64,000 nt of DNA, from assembly GCA_963796285.1 (NCBI GenBank), contig CAWCKW010000013.1:550442-614441 (forward strand). Direction: 5' to 3'. A program made the position numbers and the translations under genes. Source of the stretch: Nitrospirota bacterium (lineage in GTDB: Bacteria > Nitrospirota > UBA9217). The notes under the pieces are model-generated. The model was not told where the DNA came from and did not search any database. It saw only the letters and a list, made by a program, of their open reading frames with translations. Position 1 is the stretch's first letter, and each line of letters starts with the position of its first letter. Positions 51,758-61,643 of this stretch are shown here, one piece after another.

Positions 51758-52705
51758 TTATTTTTGGCTCGAAAACCTACTGGGAAGAAAGCGCTTTGCC
51801 ATTATATTTAAAGCTGTTTCGTGCAACTCTATGGTTAGTTCAACTTGTGAATTTGCTTTTTTGAGTATTGAGGCAATTTCGGTTATCTGTGCCATATAAT
51901 CTTCTGACGTGGAAAACACTATTTCGTAAATATCGCTACTGGTTTTAATAGTCAGAAAAGGGCGTGTACTTTTCATGAAATCTTTCATCTTGCCTTCAAC
52001 CACATTAATTTCCAAGAGAGGAATAACATCTCTTTCCCGCCAGCTTTTAGGGAAACGAATGTGAAAAATGTAATAATCAAGAATAATTACATTCGAAGTG
52101 GTAATTACGAAATGCTTTCTTGCAACTCTTTCACCGTTTTTTAATTTTTGCGAAGAAGTTAGCTTCTTATGAAAAAGTAATTCTTCATCAATTGCCAAAT
52201 TCAATAGCGGTATTAACCCATTTGATATCTTGTCTCCTTTTGCACTAACTGAAATATGCTTAATTGATGGCCCAAGAGGATCGCCTTTCTTGTATGCGCA
52301 ATTTGAGCAGGTATTAACCAATTGAATATTGTTAAAATGACATGAGGGGCATTCGTTAAAAAACTGATTCTCCGTAACAATGCTTGTGATCTTTTGAAAT
52401 AATATCTGAACAAGGGGGTCGGCGAAGACAAACGCTATTAAAAATATAACTAAAAAATAAGGTCTCGAAGTAATAAGAATTGGACCACTTGTGATATCCA
52501 GATAAAATGTAACAATATAAGCCGGAAGAAAAAATGCGATGTATTTCTTCTCTATCTTTAAAGCTCGAATCAAGCTATGAATCGCATATACAATAAAAAT
52601 CCTGTAACTGCCGAAAACTGTCGCGAAAAGCAGGCAAGCCGTAACAAACCCAGACATGTCCAGGAAAAAATTACGCTGCGAATCTGTAAAGGTATGAGCC
52701 CTCAT
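51758..52705 (-). CDS. AT-rich hypothetical membrane protein with a zinc-ribbon motif; probable gene cassette
   Basis: N-terminal hydrophobic segments, CPSC-x10-CSNC, possibly PH-like C-terminus; GTTAGTC 26 nt before the ATG. Confidence 0.7.
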   Translation of the reverse strand: MRAHTFTDSQRNFFLDMSGFVTACLLFATVFGSYRIFIVYAIHSLIRALKIEKKYIAFFLPAYIVTFYLDITSGPILITSRPYFLVIFLIAFVFADPLVQILFQKITSIVTENQFFNECPSCHFNNIQLVNTCSNCAYKKGDPLGPSIKHISVSAKGDKISNGLIPLLNLAIDEELLFHKKLTSSQKLKNGERVARKHFVITTSNVIILDYYIFHIRFPKSWRERDVIPLLEINVVEGKMKDFMKSTRPFLTIKTSSDIYEIVFSTSEDYMAQITEIASILKKANSQVELTIELHETALNIMAKRFLPSRFSSQK

Positions 52706-52791
52706 TTTCTATTGAATCGATGTCCTTTATTGACTAACCAGTTGTTGAGCAGTTAGGTCTTGGTATCTAATATTAGATGCTTTCCTAAACA

Positions 52792-54513
52792 TCATATCTC
52801 CATTATGATCGGCAGGATCATCGGCCTGCGCTCCATGCGCTTGTAGATGAACTTCTTGAGGCTGCTCCGGACGCGGGCGGAGACCAGCGACCAGTCTCCC
52901 TTGGCCTCGGGTACCATGAGGGTGAGCGTGTCCAGGACCACGTCCTTTACCTCGGCCAAAAGCTCCTGCGACGCGTCCTCGAACACGAATCCGCGCGACA
53001 CGATGTCCGGGCCCGATACCACCCTGCCCGTCGTTGTCTCGATCCCCAGGATCACGATCACCACGCCGTCATGGGCGAGCTTCATCCGGTCGCGGAGCAC
53101 CACCGTGTCCACGCCGGCGTCCGCAGTGGAACCCGCGGTCTTGCCGTCGATGTACACCCTGCCGACATTGACGCGCCCCGCGCGGCGCGCGGAATCAGGC
53201 GTGAACTCCATGATCTCGCCGTCTTCGATGATGAACACGTTCTCCTCGGGGATGTTCACCTTTCGGGCAAGCTGGGAGTGGTACACGAGGTGGCGGTACT
53301 CGCCGTGGACCGGGATGAAGTATTTCGGCCTGATGAGGCTCAGCATGAGCTTGAGCTCTTCCTTGGACGCGTGGCCCGAGACGTGGATCTCGGACACTTT
53401 TTCGTAGAATACTTCCGCTCCGTGCTTGAACAGATGATTGATGATCCGCGTGATGCCGCGTTCGTTCCCCGGGATCATCTTGGACGAGAGCACGATGGTG
53501 TCGCCTTTTTTTATCTGGAAGTGCTTGTGCTCGTTCGCGGCCATGCGCGAGAGCGCGCTCATGGGCTCGCCCTGGCTGCCGGTGGTGATCATCACGACCT
53601 GGTCGTCGGGCAGGTTCTTGAGCGCCTCGATCTTGAGCCAGGTGTCGGACGGCATCTTGAGGTAGCCGAGGTCCAGCGCGATCTGGGCGTTCGCGATCAT
53701 GCTCTTGCCGTTCAGGATCACCTTCCGGTTGTGCATCACGGCCACGTCGATGATCTGCTGCACCCGGTGGATGTTCGAGGCAAAGGTCGCGACCACGATC
53801 CTGCCCCCGGCGCGATGGAAGATGTCTTCGAGCCCGCGCCGCACTTCCTTTTCCGAGAAGGTGTAGCCGCCCTGGCCGGCGTTCGTGCTGTCCGACATGA
53901 GCACCAGGGTGCCCTTGTCGCCGTACTCCGCGAAGGTGCGCAGGTCCATGATCTCGCCGTCCACCGGCGTGGGGTCGATCTTGAAGTCGCCGGTATGCAC
54001 CACACGGCCCGCGGGCGTGGTGATGCCGAGGCCGCAGCCGTCCACGATGCTGTGGGTCACGCGGATGAACTCGACCTGGAAGCAGCCGAGGGAGACCGTG
54101 TCCCGGGGTTTCACAATGATGAGCTCGGCCTCCGTATCCAGGCCGTGCTCCCTGAGCTTCTCCTTTACGAAGCCGAGGGTGAGCTTCGTGCCGTAGACGG
54201 GGACCTTCAGCTCTTTCAGGAGAAACGGAAGCGCGCCGATGTGGTCCTCGTGCGCGTGCGTAAGCACCACGGCGCGGACCTTGTTCCGGTTCTCAAGCAG
54301 GTAGGAAAAATCGGGGATCACGATGTCCACGCCGAGCATCTCGGCATCGGGGAACATGAGCCCGCAGTCGATCACGATGATGTCGTCCCCGTATTCGAGC
54401 ACGGTCATGTTGAGCCCGATCTCGCCGATGCCGCCCAGCGGGATGATCGAAAGAGCCTGCCCGTTCAAATCAGGCGGTACAAGAACGTCGGATGTCTCTG
54501 TCACGGGGATCAC
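52792..54513 (-). CDS. rnj: Ribonuclease J
   Basis: PLGGIGEIGLNM, THAHEDHIGA, HTGDFK, TGSQGEP, HVSGH, PVHGE. Confidence 0.96.
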   Translation of the reverse strand: MIPVTETSDVLVPPDLNGQALSIIPLGGIGEIGLNMTVLEYGDDIIVIDCGLMFPDAEMLGVDIVIPDFSYLLENRNKVRAVVLTHAHEDHIGALPFLLKELKVPVYGTKLTLGFVKEKLREHGLDTEAELIIVKPRDTVSLGCFQVEFIRVTHSIVDGCGLGITTPAGRVVHTGDFKIDPTPVDGEIMDLRTFAEYGDKGTLVLMSDSTNAGQGGYTFSEKEVRRGLEDIFHRAGGRIVVATFASNIHRVQQIIDVAVMHNRKVILNGKSMIANAQIALDLGYLKMPSDTWLKIEALKNLPDDQVVMITTGSQGEPMSALSRMAANEHKHFQIKKGDTIVLSSKMIPGNERGITRIINHLFKHGAEVFYEKVSEIHVSGHASKEELKLMLSLIRPKYFIPVHGEYRHLVYHSQLARKVNIPEENVFIIEDGEIMEFTPDSARRAGRVNVGRVYIDGKTAGSTADAGVDTVVLRDRMKLAHDGVVIVILGIETTTGRVVSGPDIVSRGFVFEDASQELLAEVKDVVLDTLTLMVPEAKGDWSLVSARVRSSLKKFIYKRMERRPMILPIIMEI

Positions 54514-54561
54514 TCTCCCTACGGTAGGATGCGTCAGCCCATCAGGGATGAGCTCTGTTCT

Positions 54562-54590
54562 ACTATAGTATTTTTAAAGGGAATCGTCAA
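54562..54590 (-). promoter_or_regulatory. Sigma70 promoter of rnj
   Basis: TTGACG-17 nt-TATAGT. Confidence 0.6.
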
Positions 54591-54633
54591 CCCGGGAAGT
54601 GTCTCATTGTGCATCGGAGCAGCGGGCCTATGA

Positions 54634-55362
54634 CTACGGCAATGGCGCTTTCCCGGTCCGCTTTCTGCTGCCTGCGAGAAGATTAAGGGTTTCGACCATC
54701 CCGGAAAATCCCATGGCGAAGTAGATGTATCCTTTGGGAATGTGGAACTCCAGGCCCTCTGCGATCAGCGTAACGCCGACCATCATGAGAAAGCTCAGTG
54801 CCAGCATCTTGAGGGAGGGGTGCTGGTGGATGTACGCGCTGATGACGCCCGAGGCGAGCAGCATGAGCATGAGCGCAAGGACCACCGCTGCGATCATGAC
54901 CCCGGTCTGCTGCGCCATGCCGACGGCGGTTATCACCGAATCGAGCGAGAAAACGATATCCAGGAGAACGATCTGTACGATGATGGCGGAAAACGAAATG
55001 TTCCCCTTGATCGCGGCAACGTCCGCCTCGTTCTCGAAAACGCCGTGGATCTCATGGGTCCCCTTCACCAGCAGGAAGAGACCTCCGCTGATCATAATGA
55101 TGTCCCGCATTGAGATCTGCTGACCCAGCGCCGTAAAGAGCGGCGCAGTGAGACTTGCGAGCCAGACAATTCCGAGAAGGAGCAGTATCCGCGTTATCAG
55201 CGCCAGACTGATGCCAAGGGTCCGCGCCCTGGCCCGTTGTGCCTGGGGAAGCTTCTGGGCGAGTATGGAGATGACGACGATGTTGTCGATCCCAAGGATG
55301 ATCTCGAGGAGGGTCAAGGTTGCAAGGCTGATCCAGACCTGTGAATCCGTTATCCATTCCAT
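54634..55362 (-). CDS. TerC family membrane protein
   Basis: LEIILGIDN, DIVFSLDSVITAVG, KGYIYFAM.FS. Confidence 0.92.
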   Translation of the reverse strand: MEWITDSQVWISLATLTLLEIILGIDNIVVISILAQKLPQAQRARARTLGISLALITRILLLLGIVWLASLTAPLFTALGQQISMRDIIMISGGLFLLVKGTHEIHGVFENEADVAAIKGNISFSAIIVQIVLLDIVFSLDSVITAVGMAQQTGVMIAAVVLALMLMLLASGVISAYIHQHPSLKMLALSFLMMVGVTLIAEGLEFHIPKGYIYFAMGFSGMVETLNLLAGSRKRTGKAPLP

Positions 55363-55387
55363 GGCGTCCCCTTCGGTGAGCTACCAG

Positions 55388-55529
55388 CTAGCCCAGACAA
55401 GCCGGAACAAAGCAAAGCATTTTCTCGCAAAGACGCAAAGGCCGCAAAGAAAAGCAAAAAACAAAAAGGTTTATTGTTTAAATTCAAGAGGTAAAGGCAT
55501 TTCTTTGCGCGCTTTGCGTCTTTGCGAGA
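55388..55529. repeat. Palindrome plus GTTCCGGCTTGTC element (motif on the minus strand)
   Basis: ctagcccagacaagccggaac ... tctcgcaaagacgcaaaggccgcaaagaa ... ttctttgcgcgctttgcgtctttgcgaga. Confidence 0.75.
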
Positions 55530-55591
55530 GACGAGTTTAAGGATTTTGTCTTACATTCTGTCTAGCCCGATAAAGGTCGAGAGGAGAAGTG

Positions 55592-57671
55592 CTATTGCCT
55601 CTCGATCACAAACAGCAGCTGGCCTTCCTGGACCGTCTCGTTGAGCTTGAAGCAGAGTTCGGCGATCTGGCCGTCGACGGGTGCGAGAATGGCGTTCTCC
55701 ATCTTCATGGCCTCGAGGTTCGCGATCTCTTCTCCCTTGTGGACGATGTCGCCGACCTTGATGGGCCCGCGATCGGGATTGCCGATCCTCCAGATATTGC
55801 CGCTGATCGGGGCGCCCACGTCGTTCGGGCCCTTGGCCATCCGGGTCTCGACCTTCCTGGCCCGCGGGGTCGCGACCGTATACACCCGGGTCTTGTTGTT
55901 CACCCGCATGACGACATAGATAAAGCCCTCATGTTCCGCGCCGATCGATACGAGTTCGATGGAATAGGGCTTGCCCCAAAGATCGAAATCCACGCGGTCC
56001 CCCGGCCTCTTGAGGCCTTCGCGCCAGACATTGGTGGGCAGCGCCAGCGGCGCATCCCCGTACTGGTCGCGGAAGCCGATGTACTCCAGGGCGTCCTTCG
56101 GGTGCATGAGGTAGAGCACGAACTCCTCGTCCGTCACCTGCCTGCCGAGGTTGTCCGCCAGTTCCTTTCGCAGTTTCTCGAGGTCGTCGTTGGCCACGGA
56201 TTCGAGCGGGGATGTTTCCTTGCGTTCCCTGATCTTCGCGGCTCCCTTCTTCGCCGAACGTGCTCTGGTACACCCAGTCGGCCGGCCAGCCGACGGGAAG
56301 CTTTCCGTAATTGCCGAGCAGCAGGTTCTTGAAGTCTCCGGGCGCGTTCCTGAAGAGCGTCAGCAGCTCTTCCTGCTCGTCCTTCGAGAGTGCGCCGAAC
56401 GTCCTGCGCCTTTTCCTCGACGAATTTTATCATGAGCGCGAGGATGTGCTTGACCCCGGCATCGCCGCGCTCCTTGGCGTAACGGTTGATGATCCCGCTG
56501 CAGGTGACCCAGGTGATCTGGGAGCCCGGGGTCACATCGAAATATTTCACGATCCGGTTGTACAGGGACATGAGCTTCAGGACCGCGGGCATCAGATGGA
56601 GGAACTCGGCCTTCTGCGCCTGCTCAAAGGAGCTGGGGAACGCGCCGCCCGGCATCTTGTGGCGCGTGACCGTGTGGTCGAGCCCCTTGAAGGGTGATTC
56701 GGCCCACTCGTAGTGTCCGATCCATTCGCGCACCTTCTGGACCGCGGCCTCGGCCTCAGGCCGGTTCAGATGCACGGGAATGCCGGACTCCTCGAAGATC
56801 GCCTGGACGGCGAGGATGGGCGAGTGGCCGTAGAACCGGACGAGCGAGTCCTCTTCCACATCGAAGATCTGCGCCCCTGCTTTGGCGGCGGACAGCAGGG
56901 CGGGTATGGCAAGGCCGTCGGTGATGTGCCGGTGATAGTTGATCACCAGCGTGGGGTAGTTCTGTTTTATGGCGCTGATCAGGTTGCCGATCCGGGTAAC
57001 ATCGCCGACACCCGCCATGTCCTTCACGCAGAGGACGATCTCGTCCACGCCCGAACAGAGGTCGACCATGTCCCTGATCACTTTGAGATAGTATTCGTTC
57101 GTGGCCCAGACCGCGGTGGTAAAGGAGATGGTCGGCTCGAAGACCCGTCCCCGCTTCATCACGACCTCCGCGACCGTGCGCATGTTCCGCACATCGTTCA
57201 GGAAGGAGAAGCACCGCCAGACATCGATGTCCACCTGTCCCACGGCATACTCAATGACATTTTTCGGATACGGGCGGTAGCCCCAGAGATTGGTCTCGCG
57301 GATCAGGGTCTGGAGCAGCACGTTCGGCATGAGTTCGCGGAGCAGGGCCGTCTCTTCAAACGGGCTCTCCCTCCGGTTCATGATGCCCACGTGCCATCTG
57401 GCTCCGCCGTGGCACTCGGCGCTGAAGAGCCCCATCTTTTCATAATGGGGCGCAAGGGTCTGCAGGTCGTAGATGCGGTGGCGGTTCTTGAAATCCGACT
57501 GGCCCGCGTCCCGCATCCCCACCGAGGTAAAGCATACCTTTTCAGCGTGCGGACAGCGCCTGCACGATCTCCTTCGGCGACATGCCGGGCTTGACAAAGA
57601 CTTGTTGCCGGGACCTTGTTGCCTGCGTTTAGCTTTCCGTTTTCTGATTTCCGGCTTCTGGCTTCTGACAT
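55592..57671 (-). CDS. Pyruvate-carboxylase-like subunit B (carboxyltransferase plus biotinyl domain); divergent and frameshifted
   Basis: MRDAGQS, KDMAG, HRH, MPGG, VTPGSQ and C-terminal EAMKME; split over ORFs 56134-57726 and 55592-56197. Confidence 0.8.
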
Positions 57672-57682
57672 CTGCCTCTCCC

Positions 57683-59140
57683 TCACATCCATTTCTGGGG
57701 CCCCAGCGCCGAGATCTCGGCCACATACCGGGCGATCTTGAGCACCTCGTCCTCGCTGTTCTGCTCGCTGAACTTCGAGATCAGTTCATCCATGTGCTCT
57801 TCGATGAACCGGGTCGAGAATTCCCCGGAGATGAACGACGGGTGCCTGATAATACTGAGCAGCAGCGGCTGGAGCGTTTTGACGCCCTCGACCCTGAGGT
57901 TCCTGCCGAGCGAGCGGTCCATGACCCGGATGGCGTCTTTCCTGTCCGCGCCCGCGGTCATCAGCAGCATGAACAGCGAATCATAGTATGCGGGAATGTC
58001 GCCGCCCTCATACACGCCCGAGGCCACGCGCACGTTCGGGCCCATCGGTACCTGCAGCCGGGTGATCGGCCCGAACGAGGGGCTGAAGCTCTTGGGGTCC
58101 TCCGCGTTGAGGCGCACTTCCAGCGCCCACCGGTTCGGACGGATGTTTGACTGTTTGAACGGCAGTTTCTTGCCGAGAGCCACGTCGATCATGATGCCGA
58201 CGATATCCAGGCCCGTGATCAGTTCCGTGATGCCATGCTCGACCTGCAGCCTCGTGTTCACCTCGAGAAAATAGAATTTCTTGGTCGCCGAATCGAAGAT
58301 GTACTCCACCGTGCCGGCCGACGTGTAGCCGATCTCGCGCATCAGCCGCGTGGCCGAAAAGCAGATCTCCTGGCGCAGGGCGTCGTCGAGGCTCGGTGAC
58401 GGCGCCTCCTCGATGATCTTCTGGTTCCTCCGCTGGATCGTGCATTCACGCTCGTACAGGTGAATGACATTGCCGTGCTCATCAGCAACGATCTGGACCT
58501 CGATATGCCGGCCCCGCTCAATATACTTCTCGACCAGGATGGTCTCGTCGCCAAAGGACTTTTTGGCCTCGGACCGGGCCCGTGCCAGGGACTGCGACAG
58601 CTCGTTGTCGCTTTCCACCTTGACCATGCCCTTGCCGCCGCCACCCGCCGAGGCCTTGATCATGATCGGGTAGCTTACATCATCCTTCTTCATCCATGTT
58701 TTGATCTGCCCGATGTCCGTGACCGCGTCGATGCCCGGAATGGTCGGGACATTGGCCTTCTTTGCAAGCGCCTTGGCCTCGATCTTGTCCCCCAGCATGC
58801 GGATGACCTCGGGAGACGGGCCGATCCATATCAAACCGGCGTCGATCACCTTCTGCGCGAAATCCGCATTCTCCGCCAGAAAACCCCAACCAGGATGGAC
58901 CGCGTCAGACTTGCTCTGAAGCGCCGCCTGGACCATCTTGTCCTTGTTGAGATAGGACTCTGACGGCGGCGCCTCGCCGATGTATATTGCCTCGTCCGCC
59001 ATGAACACGTGATGGGCCAGGCGGTCGGGGTCGCTGTACACCGCGGTGGTGGGGATCTTGCGGTCCCTGCAGGTATGCATGACCCGGACCGCGGGAACGC
59101 CCCGGTTCGCGATCAGGATCTTACTGATGGTTCTCTTCAT
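57683..59140 (-). CDS. Biotin carboxylase subunit (pyruvate carboxylase subunit A-like)
   Basis: KILIANRG, HPGWGFLAEN, KASAGGGGKGM, ERECTIQRRNQK, FLEVNTRLQVEH, RLNAED. Confidence 0.92.
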   Translation of the reverse strand: MKRTISKILIANRGVPAVRVMHTCRDRKIPTTAVYSDPDRLAHHVFMADEAIYIGEAPPSESYLNKDKMVQAALQSKSDAVHPGWGFLAENADFAQKVIDAGLIWIGPSPEVIRMLGDKIEAKALAKKANVPTIPGIDAVTDIGQIKTWMKKDDVSYPIMIKASAGGGGKGMVKVESDNELSQSLARARSEAKKSFGDETILVEKYIERGRHIEVQIVADEHGNVIHLYERECTIQRRNQKIIEEAPSPSLDDALRQEICFSATRLMREIGYTSAGTVEYIFDSATKKFYFLEVNTRLQVEHGITELITGLDIVGIMIDVALGKKLPFKQSNIRPNRWALEVRLNAEDPKSFSPSFGPITRLQVPMGPNVRVASGVYEGGDIPAYYDSLFMLLMTAGADRKDAIRVMDRSLGRNLRVEGVKTLQPLLLSIIRHPSFISGEFSTRFIEEHMDELISKFSEQNSEDEVLKIARYVAEISALGPQKWM

Positions 59141-59176
59141 TGCTGTCTCCAGAACAGGTAGGTGATTTTTTTTACC

Positions 59177-59250
59177 GTCATTCCGGCCTTGATCCGGAAT
59201 CCAGTGCCTTTTCAAGAAAACACCTGGATTCCTGCTTTCGCAGGAATGAC
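59177..59250. repeat. GTCATTCC...GGAATGAC nested-palindrome REP-like element
   Basis: 8-bp terminal inverted repeat enclosing ttccgg/ccggaa, atccag/ctggat and attcctgc-tttc-gcaggaat stems. Confidence 0.75.
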
Positions 59251-59764
59251 AATCGGTATGGCTTTAGTAAAACCAAGACTTAAGGTTTCCTTTGCGTTCT
59301 TTGCCTGTGCCCGCGTCCTTGGCAACAGCAGGGTACGGCTTTGCGAGAGACGCCTTTATTATTTATTCTCTTTGGTGCCGGTTTGCCCCGCTTTAGAGGC
59401 ATCGGCCTCTAACAACTTGTCCGGTTCAGGTAAAAAAACCTTTACCTGATGAATAGGCATCAACTGCTATTCATCCTGGTAAAGGTCATGATTGTCAAGC
59501 TTCCCCGGTAAGGAGCGCTGTTGTCAGCACGCAGGTTGATGCTTGGCCGCAGACACTCCTGTGTTCGCCTCATTCAGCATGAGAAATTCATATTATTTGA
59601 GAAGACCATCACTTGTCAAGTTATTATTGCTTCAACAGATCGGATTGTTGATGCCCTGGTCCGCCTTTGAAGTAAAGACCCGCCTGCTGTTTCGTGTCTT
59701 CCCTTTTCCCTCTTCCTTAACCCCCTGTACATACTTTCTAAGTATACCCTTCCCCCTCTTAATC

Positions 59765-59773
59765 TGGTATAAT
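59765..59773 (+). promoter_or_regulatory. Extended -10 element directly before the ABC1-kinase start
   Basis: TGgTATAAT, 5 nt, then ATG 59779. Confidence 0.6.
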
Positions 59774-59778
59774 CAAGC

Positions 59779-61392
59779 ATGCAAATCTTCCACTCCCGAG
59801 GCAGGTTCGTTAAAGGCGTTGTCCTTTTTCTCCGGATACTTCTGAGCTATAAGTTCTTCGCGCTCAGGAACACCTTCACCTCCCCGGCCCATCGAAAAGA
59901 ACGGTTGAAGCAACTTCACGCTAAAAACGCGTTTGTGCTGCGCGAGCGCATGATCGAGATGCGCGGCGTGCTCATCAAGATCGGGCAGTTCCTGTCCTCG
60001 CGCGTGGACATCCTCCCTGAAGAGTACACGAACGAGCTTTCCAAGCTCCAGGACCAGGTCCCTCCCGCGAACATTGCGGACATCATGAAGCGCGTCATTC
60101 AGGAGATCGGTCCGCCTGAGAAGATCTTTTCCTCGTTCGACGAGACACCCATCGCCTCTGCCTCGCTCGGCCAGGTGCATCGCGCGTACCTCAAAAGCGG
60201 CGAATGCATCGCGGTCAAGGTCCAGTATCCCGGCATCGAAGAGGTGATCGCGGCCGATATCCGGACGCTCAGCTTCGTCATCAAGATACTCAAGGCACTC
60301 TACCGCCGCATCAACCTCGATGTCATTTACTCCGAATTCTCACGCATTATCCGCGAAGAGCTGGACTATATGCAGGAAGGGAAGAACGCGGAAACCTTTG
60401 CCAGAAATTTCGCCCAAAATCCGAGGATCAAGATACCTGTCGTATACTGGCCGTTCACGACGTCCAAAGTGCTGACACTCGAATTCCTCGAAGGCATCAA
60501 GATCTCAGACTTTGAGGAGATCGACGCGCAGGGGATCGACCGTAAAGAGGTGGCACGCACGCTTGCCGAGGCCTATTCGCAGATGTTCTTTACGGACGGC
60601 CTGTTCCACGGCGACCCGCATCCCGGAAATATCTTTGTACGGCCCGGCCCCCAGATCATCCTCGTGGACTTCGGCATGGTGGACCGTCTCTCTCCCCCGA
60701 AAAAAGAGGGGCTCAAGCGCGCGTTCACTGCGATCATGGAGCGTGACAGCCTTGGGCTCGTTCGGGCCCTTGTGGACATGGGGTTCATCCCGCTCACCAG
60801 AGACGTCCAGCCTTTGGTGCAGTTTGTCGATAAGGCATTTCAGAAATACCGCGATATCTCTCCAAGCCAGTTCAAGGCAATGGACATCGAGGAGATGGGG
60901 AACGACATCATGGAGGCCCTCCAGCTGAGTCCGTCGATCCAGATCCCGAACGATTTTATCCTGTTCGGCAGGGTCGTGGGCATGCTGAACGGACTCGGGT
61001 CGCAGCTCGATCCTGAGACCAACATCATCGAGATCGCCACGCCGTTTGCCAAGCGCTTCATCCTTGCGGAGAAGGTGTCGGCCGCGGCCTTCTTCGAGCA
61101 GGCGGGCGTTACCGGCCGCTCGCTCATTCGGCTGCCAAAACTCTTGACCGATTTTCTGGTGTCCACAAGCCGTGGCGAGACAAGGGTAGAGATCACTTCG
61201 CGGGGCATCGTGGAGGAGCTCAAGACTATTTCACGCATCGGCAAGGGCTTGATCCTCGCGTTGCTCATCACCGGAGCCGGTATAGCAGCGGCAGCTTTCC
61301 GCATCAACCATTATGACGCGGAAAGCTCGTGGTCTCTCGTCATTTGCGGTGTATTAAGTCTCTGGCTTGTGCTCCAGTTGCGAAAATGGTAA
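59779..61392 (+). CDS. ABC1/AarF/UbiB family kinase
   Basis: IKIGQ.LSSR.D, ASASLGQVH, AVKVQYP, ELDY..E, FHGDPHPGN, DFGM; two C-terminal TM segments. Confidence 0.93.
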   Translation: MQIFHSRGRFVKGVVLFLRILLSYKFFALRNTFTSPAHRKERLKQLHAKNAFVLRERMIEMRGVLIKIGQFLSSRVDILPEEYTNELSKLQDQVPPANIADIMKRVIQEIGPPEKIFSSFDETPIASASLGQVHRAYLKSGECIAVKVQYPGIEEVIAADIRTLSFVIKILKALYRRINLDVIYSEFSRIIREELDYMQEGKNAETFARNFAQNPRIKIPVVYWPFTTSKVLTLEFLEGIKISDFEEIDAQGIDRKEVARTLAEAYSQMFFTDGLFHGDPHPGNIFVRPGPQIILVDFGMVDRLSPPKKEGLKRAFTAIMERDSLGLVRALVDMGFIPLTRDVQPLVQFVDKAFQKYRDISPSQFKAMDIEEMGNDIMEALQLSPSIQIPNDFILFGRVVGMLNGLGSQLDPETNIIEIATPFAKRFILAEKVSAAAFFEQAGVTGRSLIRLPKLLTDFLVSTSRGETRVEITSRGIVEELKTISRIGKGLILALLITGAGIAAAAFRINHYDAESSWSLVICGVLSLWLVLQLRKW

Positions 61393-61643
61393 CCGCTCAT
61401 TCATTCGGATTTTCTCTCCGCTACCCTCTCTTCCGCTGACGCAGGCTTCGCTGGTGAATCATTCATATAAACCTCAAACAATTTATTTTGACACACCCTG
61501 CACTCGCGATTCCACTCGTAAACGCTGGGTGCAGGCTGAAGGGGCGGAGTAACGTCGGATAAAGTCGGATTATGAGACGGTTAATTACTGTCTGAAAGAT
61601 CTGTGACTATCCGTGATATTCCGTAGTGAAATGCTTTTCAGGA

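Noticed and set aside
53071-54633. 520-aa plus-strand ORF
   Set aside because: Antisense shadow of rnj.
59141-59215. N-terminal extension of the biotin carboxylase ORF
   Set aside because: Translates the palindromic repeat; homology begins at ATG 59140.
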